A stretch of 63,943 nucleotides of DNA, counting the filler, from Sandaracinaceae bacterium (GTDB lineage Bacteria; Myxococcota_A; Polyangia; Polyangiales; JADJQN01), in assembly GCA_947483975.1 (NCBI GenBank). It is 9 parts of 9 records of this genome, joined end to end, with 100 filler letters (N's around TTAATTAATTAA, not from the genome) between each part and the next. Parts side by side here need not be neighbours in the genome. Positions count along the whole stretch, not along the records: positions 43,292 to 50,334 come from CANKOL010000282.1; positions 50,435 to 57,475 come from CANKOL010000283.1; positions 57,576 to 63,943 come from CANKOL010000302.1; 6 more parts are not named here. One strand, given 5' to 3'. The notes under the pieces are model-generated. The model was given only the letters and a program-made list of their open reading frames with translations. It did not search any database and had not been told where the DNA came from. This document shows positions 49,292 to 59,475 of this stretch, piece by piece. Both the position numbers and the translations under genes were made by a program. How positions within the stretch are numbered: position 1 is the first letter of the stretch; every line of letters starts with the position of its first letter.

Positions 49292-50263
49292 TCAGGGCAA
49301 GAGCACGAGGCTGCCAGTGGTCGTCCGCGACTCGAGGAGGCGGTGCGCGTCGGCGACCTGCGCGAGCGGCAGCGTGCGCGTCTGCACGCGGATGGCGCCG
49401 CGCGCGATCAGGTCGAAGAGCGCCGCCGCGCTCGCGAGCATCTCGCTGCGGGCGTGGTTGTAGACGTGGAGCGTCGGGCGCGTGACGAAGAGGCAGCCCT
49501 TCTGCCCGAGCGTCAGCAGGTCGATCGGGTCGGGCTTGCCGGACGCGTTGCCGAACGACACGAGCATCCCGCGCGGGCGCAGGCAATCGAGCGAGAGCGC
49601 GACAGTGTCCTTGCCGACCGAGTCGTAGACGACGTCCACGCCGCGCCCGCCGGTCAGCGCGCGCACGCGCTCGACGAGCGGTTCGCTGCGATAGAGCACC
49701 GTCTCGTCGCAGCCGTTCGCGCGGGCGAGCGCCGCTTTTTCCTCGGTGCCGACGGTGCCGATCGTCCGCGCGCCGAGCGCTCGCAGCCACTGCGCCGCGA
49801 GCAAGCCGACGCCGCCGGCCGCCGCGTGCAGCAGGACCGTGTCGCCGCGCTTCACCGGGAACGTGCGACACACCAGGTACTCGGCCGTCATCCCCTTGAG
49901 CATCGAAGCCGCCGCGGTCACGTCGTCGATCGCGTCGGGCAGCGGGATCAGGCGCTCGGCGGGCAGCACACGCGCGTCGGCGTACGCCCCGGGACCGGTG
50001 ACCGCGTAGCCGACGCGCTGCCCGACGCGCAGGCCATCGACGTCGGCGCCGAGCGCCTCGATCACGCCGGCAGCCTCCATCCCGAGCGCCGCCGGCAGCG
50101 GCAGCGGATAGAGCCCCGAGCGATGATAGGTGTCGATGTAATTGACGCCGATCGCGGTGTGTCGAACGAGCGCCTCGCCCGGCCCGGGCGCGGCGAGCGC
50201 GACGTGCTCCTCGACCAGTTGCTCCGGCCCGCCGACTCGATGAATGCGATAGACGCGCGTCAT
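49292..50263 (-). CDS. qor: NADPH:quinone oxidoreductase
   Basis: GVNYIDTY, HAAAGGVG, VYDSVG, FGNASG, TTGS. Confidence 0.92.
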   Translation of the reverse strand: MTRVYRIHRVGGPEQLVEEHVALAAPGPGEALVRHTAIGVNYIDTYHRSGLYPLPLPAALGMEAAGVIEALGADVDGLRVGQRVGYAVTGPGAYADARVLPAERLIPLPDAIDDVTAAASMLKGMTAEYLVCRTFPVKRGDTVLLHAAAGGVGLLAAQWLRALGARTIGTVGTEEKAALARANGCDETVLYRSEPLVERVRALTGGRGVDVVYDSVGKDTVALSLDCLRPRGMLVSFGNASGKPDPIDLLTLGQKGCLFVTRPTLHVYNHARSEMLASAAALFDLIARGAIRVQTRTLPLAQVADAHRLLESRTTTGSLVLLP

Positions 50264-50334
50264 GCGCCGCAATGTACTGCGCACGCGCGCGGCCCACTAC
50301 CGCGGCGTCGCGGCGCGCTCGGGGACGCCGGCGA

Positions 50335-50434
50335 NNNNNNNNNNNNNNNNNNNNNNNNNNNNNNNNNNNNNNNNNNNNTTAATTAATTAANNNNNNNNNN
50401 NNNNNNNNNNNNNNNNNNNNNNNNNNNNNNNNNN
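50335..50434. other. Artificial contig linker
   Basis: N-TTAATTAATTAA-N. Confidence 0.99.
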
Positions 50435-51781
50435 CGCGACGGCGACCGGCGCAGGCGCCGCGACGACGCCCTGCGGCGCGACGACCGCGGCCGCCTGAGC
50501 GCTCGGGTCGACGAAGATCACGCGCCCGAAGCGGTCGAGGGCGTGGAAGTCGCCGACCCGCGGGGGCGACCAACCGGCCGCCCGCCCGCCGCTCTCGCGC
50601 GCGTCGAGGACGAAGAGGTTCATGCCCCACACCGCGTTCGGCGCAGGCTTGCCCGCCGGGGGCATCCCCGCCGCGAACGCCGTCCACGGGATGGCCATCT
50701 CGACCGTGTACCCGACGTCGTCCTCGTCGTCGTTCAACGTGCCCCGGCGTTCCACTTGGGCGTGCACCTGGGACGTCCAAGCGACGTCGCCGAAGGGCTG
50801 GGGCTGCCGTCGTGTGTCGTACCGCGTCTCGAAGCTCTGCCCGCTCGGGGCCACCTGGATCTCGAAGTAGTTCCGCTGGTCGCCGGCCGGGTCGAACATC
50901 ACCTCGACGCAGTCCTGCTCCCAGAGGTGCTCGTCGTGGTGCGTGAACGTCGACTTGAGGTAGTCGTCCGCGACCTCCCAGCCGAGGTAGACGTTCTGGT
51001 CGTCCCAGGTCATGCGCGCGTTCGCCGCGAACTCCGCAGGCGCGCCGGTCATCGTGTCGACGAGGCGGGGCGTGCGCGCGGCGGTCTGCCACGCGGCCTC
51101 GTCGAGCTTGCCGTCGATCAGGATCGGCGTCGTCGCCTTCGTCACGCGCAGCGTCGGGACGGGAGGCGCTGCCGGGGCGACCGGGCGGGGCGCCGCCTCC
51201 GCACCAGCCGCCGCAGCGGTGGCCGGCGCGACGTTGATCTGGAGCGCGCGCGCGCGGTTGTCGCCGTCGCTCGCCCCGCTCGTCACCTGCAGGCGGTTCG
51301 GCCCGTTCCACATCCCGAGATAGAACGTCACCGTCGGCGACGCCCAGTCGGCCGGCAGCGTCACCGGCTGCACGTCGCGGATGAACTCGCCGCGCTTCCA
51401 CTGCCCCGGCGGGTAGTGCTCGCGGACGAAGCCGACGCCGTCCTGGTTGAGCACGTTCTGCCCCGCCGCGTTCGCGACGTGCGTGAAGATGGTCCAGCCG
51501 TCCTCGAGCGGCCGCACGACCTGCCAGTGCCAGGTCACGGTGAAGGGCTCACCCGCCTTCACCTCGGCCGGCTCGAGGTCGTAGCCGATCAGCTTGATCT
51601 TCCCCTCGAAGTCGATGTCGAGCGGGTGCGCCGGGTGCGTCGGCGTCGTCGTGACGAACTGCGCGAGCTGGTCTCGCTCCGTGCTCGTCATGCTGGTCGT
51701 CTTCTCGACGCAGCCCGCGGCGGCGAGCCCGAGGCAGAGCGCGAGGCAGGTAAAAAAGCTGAGCGCGATGGTCTTCTTCAT
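50435..51781 (-). CDS. Lipoprotein with CBM9-like sugar-binding domain (3' truncated)
   Basis: AAGC lipobox, IDGKLDEAAW, WDDQNVY, DCVEV, YTVEMAIPW. Confidence 0.8.
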
Positions 51782-51877
51782 GAGTCCCTCGAGAACGATG
51801 AGCCTGTGATGAGCGTGCTGCTGGCCGTGAACCCCCGCCAGCCGTGCTGGCCGAGCGTACCGCCCAGCGAAGTGGGG

Positions 51878-53605
51878 CTACTTGCGCGACTTCTTGCGCG
51901 CCTTCTTCTGGAGCTTGCGCGCGGCCTTCTTCTTGGCGTTGTCGGCCGCGGTCTTGACGACGGGCGCCTGCCCGCGACCCATCATGCCGGGCATCCCGCC
52001 CATGCCGCCCATGCCGGGCATCATCCCCGGCATCCCGCCCATGCCGGGCATCCCGCCCATGGCCTGCATTTGCTGCATCTGCTGCATCAAGCCGGGAGGC
52101 AGCCCCGCCATTCCCTTGCCGCCGCCCTTGCCGTCGCCCGCGACGACCGCCTCGAGCAGCTGATCGGCGAGGTTCGCCATCATCGGGTTGCCCTCGAGCC
52201 CGCCCGTCTTGACGGCGTTCTTGAGCTGCCGCGCCATCGCGAGCTGCTTCATGCCGGGCATCTTCTGGAGGAACCCCGCCTGCTGCCCGATGTCGCCCAT
52301 CATCTGCCGCATGAAGGCGAACTTCTGCAGCAGCTCGATGACCTCCTCGGGCTTGCGACCCGAGCCGTTCGCGACGCGGCGAATGCGCGTCGGCTGCTTC
52401 TGAAAGAGCTCGGGCTGCTGCCGCTCGAGCTTGGTCATCGACGAGACCATCGCCTCGACCTTCTTCAGCTCGCCGTCGTCGAGGTTGACGCCCTCGGGCA
52501 TCGCCTCGCCGAACATCGGCAGCTTCTCGAAGACGTCCTTCAGCGAGCCCATCTTCTGGATGGTCTTGATCTGCTCGAGGAAGTCCTCGAGCGAGAAGCG
52601 CCCCTCGAGCATCCGCTTCGCGTCGCCCTCGGCCTTCTCGGCGTCGACGACCTGCTCGAAGTCCTTCATCAGGCCGACGACGTCGCCGAAGCCGAGGATG
52701 CGGCTCGCCATTCCGTCCGCGCGGAACGGCTCGAGCTTGTCCATCCCCTCGCCGGTGCCCGCGAACTTGATCGGCGCGCCGGTGACCTCCTTGATGGAGA
52801 TGGCCGCGCCGCCGCGCGCGTCGCCGTCGAGCTTCGTCAGCGCGACGCCCGTCAGCCCGAGGCGCTCGTGGAACGCCTTCGCGGTCTTCACCGAGTCCTG
52901 GCCGATCATCGAGTCGACGACGAGGAAGATGTTCTGCGGCTTGGTGCTCGACTTGATGTCGGCGAGCTCCTGCATCAGCGCTTCGTCGACCGCCAAACGG
53001 CCGGCGGTATCGAAGATGATCGTGTCGCGCTTGAGCTTCTTCGCGTGCTCGACGGCCTTGATGCAGATGTCGAGCGGACGCCCGCCGGGGATGGCGAAGA
53101 CCGGGATCTCGAGCCGCTCGCCGAGCACCTGAAGCTGCTCGATGGCGCCCGGGCGCTGCACGTCGGCGGCGACGAGCAGGACCTTCCGCTTCTTGTCCTT
53201 CTCGAGCCAGCGCGCGAGCTTGGCGCTCGTGGTCGTCTTACCCGAGCCCTGGAGGCCGACCATCATGATCGACGTGAGCCCGGGCTTCGGCGCGAGGTCC
53301 ACCGCGTGGCCCTCGAACGCCATCATCTGCTCGAGCTCGTCCTGGCAGATCTTGATGAAGATCTCGCTCGGGCCGATGCGGACCTTGCGGCCCTTGACCT
53401 CGGCGGACGACTTCATCGTCTCGCCGATGGCCTTCTCCTTCACCGTGGCGAGGAAGCGCTTGACGACGTTGAGCTCGACGTCGGCCTCGAGCAGCGAGAG
53501 CCGCACGTCGCGCAGCGCCTGCTCGATGTTCTCGGCGTCGAGCTCGGTGACGCCCTGAAGGCGGTTGCGGGCAGCGCGGAAGCCCTTGGTCAGCGTCTCG
53601 AACAC
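51878..53605 (-). CDS. ffh: Signal recognition particle protein
   Basis: GLQGSGKTT, DTAGR, TKLDGDARGGAA, M domain RIRRVANGSG. Confidence 0.96.
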   Translation of the reverse strand: MFETLTKGFRAARNRLQGVTELDAENIEQALRDVRLSLLEADVELNVVKRFLATVKEKAIGETMKSSAEVKGRKVRIGPSEIFIKICQDELEQMMAFEGHAVDLAPKPGLTSIMMVGLQGSGKTTTSAKLARWLEKDKKRKVLLVAADVQRPGAIEQLQVLGERLEIPVFAIPGGRPLDICIKAVEHAKKLKRDTIIFDTAGRLAVDEALMQELADIKSSTKPQNIFLVVDSMIGQDSVKTAKAFHERLGLTGVALTKLDGDARGGAAISIKEVTGAPIKFAGTGEGMDKLEPFRADGMASRILGFGDVVGLMKDFEQVVDAEKAEGDAKRMLEGRFSLEDFLEQIKTIQKMGSLKDVFEKLPMFGEAMPEGVNLDDGELKKVEAMVSSMTKLERQQPELFQKQPTRIRRVANGSGRKPEEVIELLQKFAFMRQMMGDIGQQAGFLQKMPGMKQLAMARQLKNAVKTGGLEGNPMMANLADQLLEAVVAGDGKGGGKGMAGLPPGLMQQMQQMQAMGGMPGMGGMPGMMPGMGGMGGMPGMMGRGQAPVVKTAADNAKKKAARKLQKKARKKSRK

Positions 53606-53857
53606 GTGGCTAATTCTCCAGAATCACGAGGAAAACGAGCGGGATACGCCCCCAGCCTCGGCCGCGAGGTAGCACGGATGGGGCGGACGGACAAGATGGG
53701 AGGTGCAGGGCGACCGCGGGCCCGCGAGGCGCTCGACGTCGGTCCGGCTCGAGGAGGCCACTCCTTCCCCGCGACGACAGCTCGTCCCCCCGCCGCTATC
53801 GCGCTACCATTCTCGCTCCTCCTTTGCTCCCCGCGCGGCCCCGCGTGATATCCGCGT

Positions 53858-54088
53858 ATGACCGTCGCGCGCCTCGCGGTGTCGTTCGATCCCAAGCTCG
53901 CCCGGGCCGTGCGCAAGGCGGCGGGCAAGCAGACGACGTCCGCCTGGCTCGCTGACGCGGCCGAGCGGAAGCTCCGCTCGGAGGGGCTCGTCGCCGTCGT
54001 CCGAGCGTGGGAGAGAGAGCACGGCGAGATCACGGACGACGAGCGACTCGCGGCCGCCCGCGAGCTGACCCGGCCACGCCGCCGATGA
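53858..54088 (+). CDS. Putative ribbon-helix-helix antitoxin
   Basis: RLAVSFDP..SAWLADAA..WEREHGEIT; ATGA overlap with PIN gene. Confidence 0.75.
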   Translation: MTVARLAVSFDPKLARAVRKAAGKQTTSAWLADAAERKLRSEGLVAVVRAWEREHGEITDDERLAAARELTRPRRR

Positions 54089-54471
54089 GCGCGTACGTGC
54101 TCGACGCCGGCGCGTTGATCGCCCTCGAGCGAAACGACCGCGCGATGTGGGCTCGCCTGCAGGTGGCCGCTGCGAGCGAGCTGTCACTGCTCGTCCCGAG
54201 CACGGCGCTCGCGCAGGCTTGGCGCGGCGGCGCGTCCCAAGCGCTGCTCGCGCGGGCCCTCGCGTACTGCGACGTCGCCCCGTTCGATCCCGTGGCGCGC
54301 GACGTCGGCGAGCTCTGCGTGCGCGTCGGCACCGCCGACCTCTGCGACGCGCACGTCGCGCTCGTCGCATCACGCCTCGGCGACTGGCTCTGCACGAGCG
54401 ACCCGGACGACATGGCGAGGCTCCTCGCCGCGTGTCCCGGGAAGCGCCGGCCCATCATCGTCCGCTGTTGA
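54085..54471 (+). CDS. PIN-domain toxin
   Basis: VLDAGALIA, DLCDAHV, TSDPDD. Confidence 0.82.
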   Translation: MSAYVLDAGALIALERNDRAMWARLQVAAASELSLLVPSTALAQAWRGGASQALLARALAYCDVAPFDPVARDVGELCVRVGTADLCDAHVALVASRLGDWLCTSDPDDMARLLAACPGKRRPIIVRC

Positions 54472-54613
54472 GCGCCCGCCGAGCCCTATCTCTACAACCT
54501 CCTCAGCAGGCGCGCCGGCACGAAGGGCGCACCCCGCAGAGCTGGTCACGCTCTGTCCACGGGGCGGCCCGACCGCGTTGAGCTTTGCCGCGGCCGCCGC
54601 TACGCTCGGGGCC

Positions 54614-55183
54614 ATGGGTGAGCCTGCGGCGCCGACCTCCTGGGACGAGTACCTCGCGCTCGAGGACGCGAGCGAAGAGCGGCACGAGTTCATCGACGGG
54701 CAGGTGTTCGTCATGGCGGGGGCGACGCCGCGGCACAACCGCATCGTCGGCAACGCATGGGGCGCGCTCGATCGCGCGCTCCGCGACACGCCGTGCGTCG
54801 CGCTCGCGGGGCAGCAGCGCGTGTTCGTCGCGGCCACGGGCATGGCGGGTTACCCCGACGTCACCGTCGTGTGCGGGCCGGCCGAGCGGCTGCCCGATGG
54901 GCGCACGCTGCTGAATCCGTCGCTGCTCGTCGAGGTGCTCTCGCCCTCGACCGAGGACTACGACCGCGGCGCGAAGTTCAGGCACTACCGGCGCATCCCG
55001 TCGTTCGTCGAGTACGTGCTCATCTCGACCGACGAGCGCCGCGTCGAGCACCACCGGCGCCTCGAGCCCGGTCAGTGGCTGATGCGCGAGTACGAGCAGG
55101 AAGACGCGCGGATCGAGCTGCCGGTGCTCGGCGTCGCCATCACGCTCGGCGAGCTCTACGACCGCGCGGACGAGCTGGAATAG
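54614..55183 (+). CDS. Uma2-family endonuclease-like protein
   Basis: HEFIDG, YPDV, VEVLSPST..YDRG.K, EYVL. Confidence 0.92.
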   Translation: MGEPAAPTSWDEYLALEDASEERHEFIDGQVFVMAGATPRHNRIVGNAWGALDRALRDTPCVALAGQQRVFVAATGMAGYPDVTVVCGPAERLPDGRTLLNPSLLVEVLSPSTEDYDRGAKFRHYRRIPSFVEYVLISTDERRVEHHRRLEPGQWLMREYEQEDARIELPVLGVAITLGELYDRADELE

Positions 55184-55198
55184 CAGCGTCGGCGCGCC

Positions 55199-56398
55199 TC
55201 AAGTGCTCGCGCAGACCGCCGCGACGACCACCGTCACGAGCACGCAGGCGACCATCACGAGGCGGCTGCGGGCGGACGGGGGCGCGGCGGGGCGCGGCCA
55301 GTCGGGCGTCGCGCCGGCGGTGACGAGGCGGTCGTAGAGGTGCGGGTGCTGCCGGCCGCCGCCGGGGAGCACGGAGGGCATCCCGTTCGCGACGTAGAGC
55401 GCGGCGAGGGCGCGCGCGTAGGTGCCTGGGTCGCCCTCGGCGGCGTGCGCGGCGTGATCGGCGCGCGCTTCCATGCGGCGGGCGACGACGCGCACCAGCC
55501 CGAGCAGGACGACGATCGACCAGAGGACGACGGCGGTCGGGCAGTAGAGGCGGTCGGCGAGCAGCGGCCGCAGGAGCACGAGCGGGGTCAGCGCGAGCAT
55601 CCCGAGCGAGCGGACGAGCGCGACAGAGCGCGGCTCGGCGAGGTGCCCAAGCTCGTGCGCGAGCACCGCGCGCAGCTCGTCGTCGCTGAGCGCGGCGAGG
55701 GCGCGGCGGGTGACGCCGATGGCGCCGAGGCGCGTCCAGGCGAAGGCGTTGGCGCTCGCCATGTCGAGCTCGTAGGTCGGCGGGACGGGCTGCTTCGACG
55801 CCGCCGCCAGCTCCGCGGCGAGCCCGGCGAGCCTCGGCCCGGCGGGCGTCGCGAGCCCCATGAGGCGGGCGAGGCCCAGCGTGCCGCCGAAGGCCACGAG
55901 GAGGGCGCTCGCCACCGCCAGCCCGAGCAGCGCGAAGCTCCCTGGGCCGAGGTGCCGCGGCGCGACGATCGCGAGCCCGAGCGTGATGAGCAGGTGCGGG
56001 ATCATCAGCAGCCACCACGCGAAGCGCCCGCGGAGCCAGTCGCGCGCGGTCATGCCCTGCGGCATCGCGCGGCGCTCCACGTAGACGCGCGCCGGATAGC
56101 TCGCCCAGAACGCGACGAGCACGGTGACGAGCGCCGTGACCCCGCCATGGTCGGGTTCCGCCGACAGCACGAAGACCGCGATGACCACCGGCGGCAAGAT
56201 GGCCCCGGTCGTCACCGCCTTGCGCGCCTGATAGGCGTGCCGCGCGCGCTCGGCCCAGTGCGCGCCCGTCGCCTCGCCGATCGGGCCGACGGTGACCAGC
56301 GCCGCGCCCCACGCGCAGAGCGCCGTCAGCGACGCCGCGACGACGACCCAGGCGATGAGCGCGGCGACCTCCCCATAGAGCAGCGCGACGTCGTGCAC
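55199..56398 (-). CDS. M48-family membrane metallopeptidase
   Basis: ANAFA, AVLAHELGH, EARAD, HP. Confidence 0.85.
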   Translation of the reverse strand: MHDVALLYGEVAALIAWVVVAASLTALCAWGAALVTVGPIGEATGAHWAERARHAYQARKAVTTGAILPPVVIAVFVLSAEPDHGGVTALVTVLVAFWASYPARVYVERRAMPQGMTARDWLRGRFAWWLLMIPHLLITLGLAIVAPRHLGPGSFALLGLAVASALLVAFGGTLGLARLMGLATPAGPRLAGLAAELAAASKQPVPPTYELDMASANAFAWTRLGAIGVTRRALAALSDDELRAVLAHELGHLAEPRSVALVRSLGMLALTPLVLLRPLLADRLYCPTAVVLWSIVVLLGLVRVVARRMEARADHAAHAAEGDPGTYARALAALYVANGMPSVLPGGGRQHPHLYDRLVTAGATPDWPRPAAPPSARSRLVMVACVLVTVVVAAVCAST

Positions 56399-56498
56399 GC
56401 GCGCAGCGTAGCGCGCGCTGGGCCGCGTGGGCGGAGCGGCGTGCGCGGGCGGGGCGCGCGAACTCGCGTGCGCGGGGCCCCCGTGATACCCCGCTCGG

Positions 56499-57475
56499 AT
56501 GACAGCGCTGCCGAAGGCCGGCGACGAACACACGCTCTACGTCGTCGACCTCAGCGGCTACGTCTTTCGCGCCTACCACGCGATCCCGGCGCTCTCGAAC
56601 GCGCGCGGTGAGCCGACGAACGCCATCTACGGCGTCGTCGCGATGCTGCTGAAGCTCGTCAACCAGCAGCAGCCGCACCTGCTCGCCGTCGCCCTCGACA
56701 CGAAGGGCCCGACGACGCGCCACACGATGTACGCCGAGTACAAGGCGACGCGCCCGCCGGCGCCGCCCGACCTCGTCGCGCAGCTCGCGCGCCTGCACGA
56801 GGTGATCGAGGCGTACGCGATCCCGCTCTACGTGCAGCAGGGCGTCGAGGCGGACGACCTGATCGCGACGCTCGTCAAGCGCGCGCGGACCGAGGGGCTG
56901 CGCGTCGTCGTCGTCAGCGCGGACAAGGACCTCCTGCAGCTGATCGACGGCGACGACGTGATCGTCTGGGACACGATGCGCGACAAGGTCTTCGGCGAAG
57001 CGGAGACCACCGAGAAGATGGGCGTGCCGCCGAAGCAGGTGCGCGACCTGCTCGCGCTGATGGGCGACTCGTCCGACAACATCCCGGGCGTGCCCTCGGT
57101 CGGGCCGAAGACGGCGGCGACGCTCCTGCAGGAGTACGGCGACCTCGACAACCTCTACGCGCACGTCGGCGAGATCGCGAAGAAGGGGCTGCGCGAGAAG
57201 CTGACCGCGCACCGCGCCGACGCGTTCCTGTCGCGCGACCTCGTGCAGCTCTTCGACGACATCCCCGTCGACTTCGACCTCGCGCACCTCCGCTACGGCG
57301 GCGCCGACGACGAGAAGCTGCGCGCGCTCTTCACGGACCTCGAGTTCACGCGCCTCCTCGCGCAGCTGCCGCCGCCGAAGACCACCGGCGCGCAGACGCA
57401 GCTGTCGCTGACCGCGGCACCGACCGCGGCACCGACCGCCGCGCCGGTCGCTGCCCCGCTCGCGCCCGCGACGCG
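56499..57475 (+). CDS. polA: DNA polymerase I, 5'-3' exonuclease part (3' truncated)
   Basis: FRAYHA, YKATR, EADD, DKD, GDSSDNIPGV..VGPKTA. Confidence 0.93.
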
Positions 57476-57575
57476 NNNNNNNNNNNNNNNNNNNNNNNNN
57501 NNNNNNNNNNNNNNNNNNNTTAATTAATTAANNNNNNNNNNNNNNNNNNNNNNNNNNNNNNNNNNNNNNNNNNNN
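57476..57575. other. Artificial contig linker
   Basis: N-TTAATTAATTAA-N. Confidence 0.99.
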
Positions 57576-57700
57576 CAAAAAGATTCGTCGCGAACGCGTT
57601 TGGCCTGCGGCGCAGGCAAAAAAGATTCGTCGCGGACGCGTTTGGGCTGCGGCGCAGGCAAAAAGATTCGTCGCGAACTCGTTTGGGCTGCGGCGCAGGC
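57576..57700. repeat. 42-43-bp palindromic tandem array (3 copies, cut by contig start)
   Basis: AAAAAGATTCGTCGCGAACGCGTTTGGCCTGCGGCGCAGGC repeated. Confidence 0.88.
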
Positions 57701-57797
57701 TGGCGACACGGCGGGCCGGCCGTCGGTCGCCGTGGCGGGCGCAGTTCCCAATCATCAAACGCCCGACCGAGCCCCTGCGTCGCCTCGCGCCCTCCGG

Positions 57798-57834
57798 CCC
57801 CCTCGCCCGCTTGCGGGAGAGGGCTGGCGAGAGG
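57798..57834. repeat. REP-like palindromic element
   Basis: CCCCTCGCCCGCTTGCGGGAGAGGGCTGGCGAGAGGG, near-identical core to the 3290/3370 copies. Confidence 0.75.
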
Positions 57835-57879
57835 GAGGCGCGCTTCCCGCCGGCGTCGTGCGCATGATAATGTGCGCAC

Positions 57880-58116
57880 ATGTCCAAGCGAACCATGACC
57901 GCGGCGAGGTTCCGCGCCGAGTGCCTGCAGGTGCTCGACACGGTCGCGTCTGCCGGGACGGAGGTGCTCGTCACCAAGCGCGGCAAGCCCGTCGCGCGCG
58001 TCGTGCCCATCGGTGAGCCGGTGAAGGCGCGCTTCGGCGCGCTGCGCGGGATGACGACCATCGTCGAGGCGTCCGACGAGCTGCTATCGGCAGGCGATGG
58101 TTGGGCCATTGACTAG
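57880..58116 (+). CDS. Phd/YefM-family antitoxin
   Basis: MTAARFRAECLQVLD..VLVTKRGKPVARVVP. Confidence 0.9.
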   Translation: MSKRTMTAARFRAECLQVLDTVASAGTEVLVTKRGKPVARVVPIGEPVKARFGALRGMTTIVEASDELLSAGDGWAID

Positions 58117-58522
58117 CCTGCTCGTGCTCGACACCCACGTCTGGGTGAAGTTCGTCGCTGGCGCCGCCCTGTCGAAGCGCGCGCGCACCGCGATCGAGCG
58201 CGCAGCGAACAGCAAGCGCGGTGTGCTCATCCCCGCCATCTCGCTGTGGGAGATCGCCCGTCTCGCCCAGGACGAGCGTTTGAAGCTCGGCGATCGACCG
58301 GAGCGCTGGTTCGACGCGGCGCTCGCCGCGGTGTCCGGCAACGTCGTGGCGATCACGCCGGAGATTGCCACTCTCGCGGCGGGCCTGCGCTGCCACGGCG
58401 ACCCCGCCGACCGCCTGATCATCGGCACCGCCCTCGCGAGCGACGCAGTCCTCGTGACCCGCGACGCCATGATCCTCGAGCTGGCCAGCACGCTCAAAGA
58501 GCTGCGCCTCCTCGAGGCGTAG
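58109..58522 (+). CDS. vapC: VapC-family PIN toxin
   Basis: LDTHVWV, ISLWEI, HGDPADRLI, LVTRD; start 58097 or 58109. Confidence 0.9.
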   Translation: MTSLLVLDTHVWVKFVAGAALSKRARTAIERAANSKRGVLIPAISLWEIARLAQDERLKLGDRPERWFDAALAAVSGNVVAITPEIATLAAGLRCHGDPADRLIIGTALASDAVLVTRDAMILELASTLKELRLLEA

Positions 58523-58717
58523 ACCAAGAGGCCCCCCAAGCCCGCGAGGGAGAAGGGGGCTTCTCGTCCGCGCGTGAGTGCCTGTCGCCGATGGGCGTTG
58601 CTCGCCTGCCGACGCGCTCTCCAGCACAGGCGCGCGAAGCCGCCGCGTGGACTTCGCCGTCGACCACCCCGGGCGACTCCGCTCCCCTTTGCTCAGGCTG
58701 CTGCTATCGTCGTCCCT

Positions 58718-59008
58718 GTGAGCGCCCTTTTGGCAATCCTCGAGCGAGCGGCTGAGATCCGCGCCATCGCGGCCGCGCATGGGGCTCGGAACGTGCGCGT
58801 CGTGGGCTCGGTCGCGCGCGGCACCGACCGTGACGACAGCGACCTCGATCTGCTCGTGACGTTTGACCCGGGCGTCAGCCTCCTCGACCACGCGAAGCTC
58901 AGCCTCGCGCTCGAGCAGCTGCTCGGGCGCAAGGTCGACATCGCGAGCGAGCGCGGCGTGCGCCCAGCCATCCGCCGTCAGCTCGACCTCGACGCGAGGG
59001 CGCTTTAG
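58718..59008 (+). CDS. MNT-family minimal nucleotidyltransferase (no HEPN partner)
   Basis: GSVARG..DSDLDLLV, LGRKVDI. Confidence 0.85.
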   Translation: MSALLAILERAAEIRAIAAAHGARNVRVVGSVARGTDRDDSDLDLLVTFDPGVSLLDHAKLSLALEQLLGRKVDIASERGVRPAIRRQLDLDARAL

Positions 59009-59182
59009 CGTCGCGGCCCGTCCATCGACGAGGGGTTGCCCGTCAAGCCTCGTGGCGAGCGGGCGGTGTGCCGGCTACTCCGTGTTTTCAGTTCGGAATA
59101 TGGCGATCAGTCAAACTGAATGGAGAGAAGGCAATGGTCGTCGGCGTTTCGGCGTCAAGTTGTGTGGCATCGACGTGCCTTC

Positions 59183-59434
59183 TCATCGCGCGTGCCACAG
59201 GTCGTAGTCAGTCTGGAGTCCCAGCCACAGCTCGGGTGAGGTGTCTAGCGCCTCGGAGAGCAGGATGGCAGTCTCTGCCGTAATGCCGCGCTTGCCGTGG
59301 ATGAGGGTGTTGACGCGCTGGCGCGGGACGCCCATGCGGGCGGCGAGCGCGACCTGGGTGAGCTTGCGGGGCTCGAGGTACTCGGCGAGGAGCATCACGC
59401 CGGGCGAGGTCGGGGGGCGATTCTTGGGCAGCAT
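59183..59434 (-). CDS. higA: HigA-family antitoxin (no HigB partner)
   Basis: PTSPGVML..YL, LTQVALA, GKRGITAETA, WLGLQ..YDL. Confidence 0.85.
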   Translation of the reverse strand: MLPKNRPPTSPGVMLLAEYLEPRKLTQVALAARMGVPRQRVNTLIHGKRGITAETAILLSEALDTSPELWLGLQTDYDLWHAR

Positions 59435-59475
59435 GGCGACGTTCTTCCTCCGCGCCTCGATGCTACCCTCGACGC

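Noticed and set aside
51983..52085. Met/Gly-rich repeat tail of Ffh
   Set aside because: Low-complexity GM-rich tails are common in Ffh; not a separate element.
7159..57575. Recurring TTAATTAATTAA motif and gene neighbourhoods across it
   Set aside because: Artificial scaffolding linker; the contigs are simply ordered by length.
59087..59120. TTCAGTT...AACTGAA inverted repeat in the TA island
   Set aside because: Short, with no supported downstream gene; cannot assign a function.
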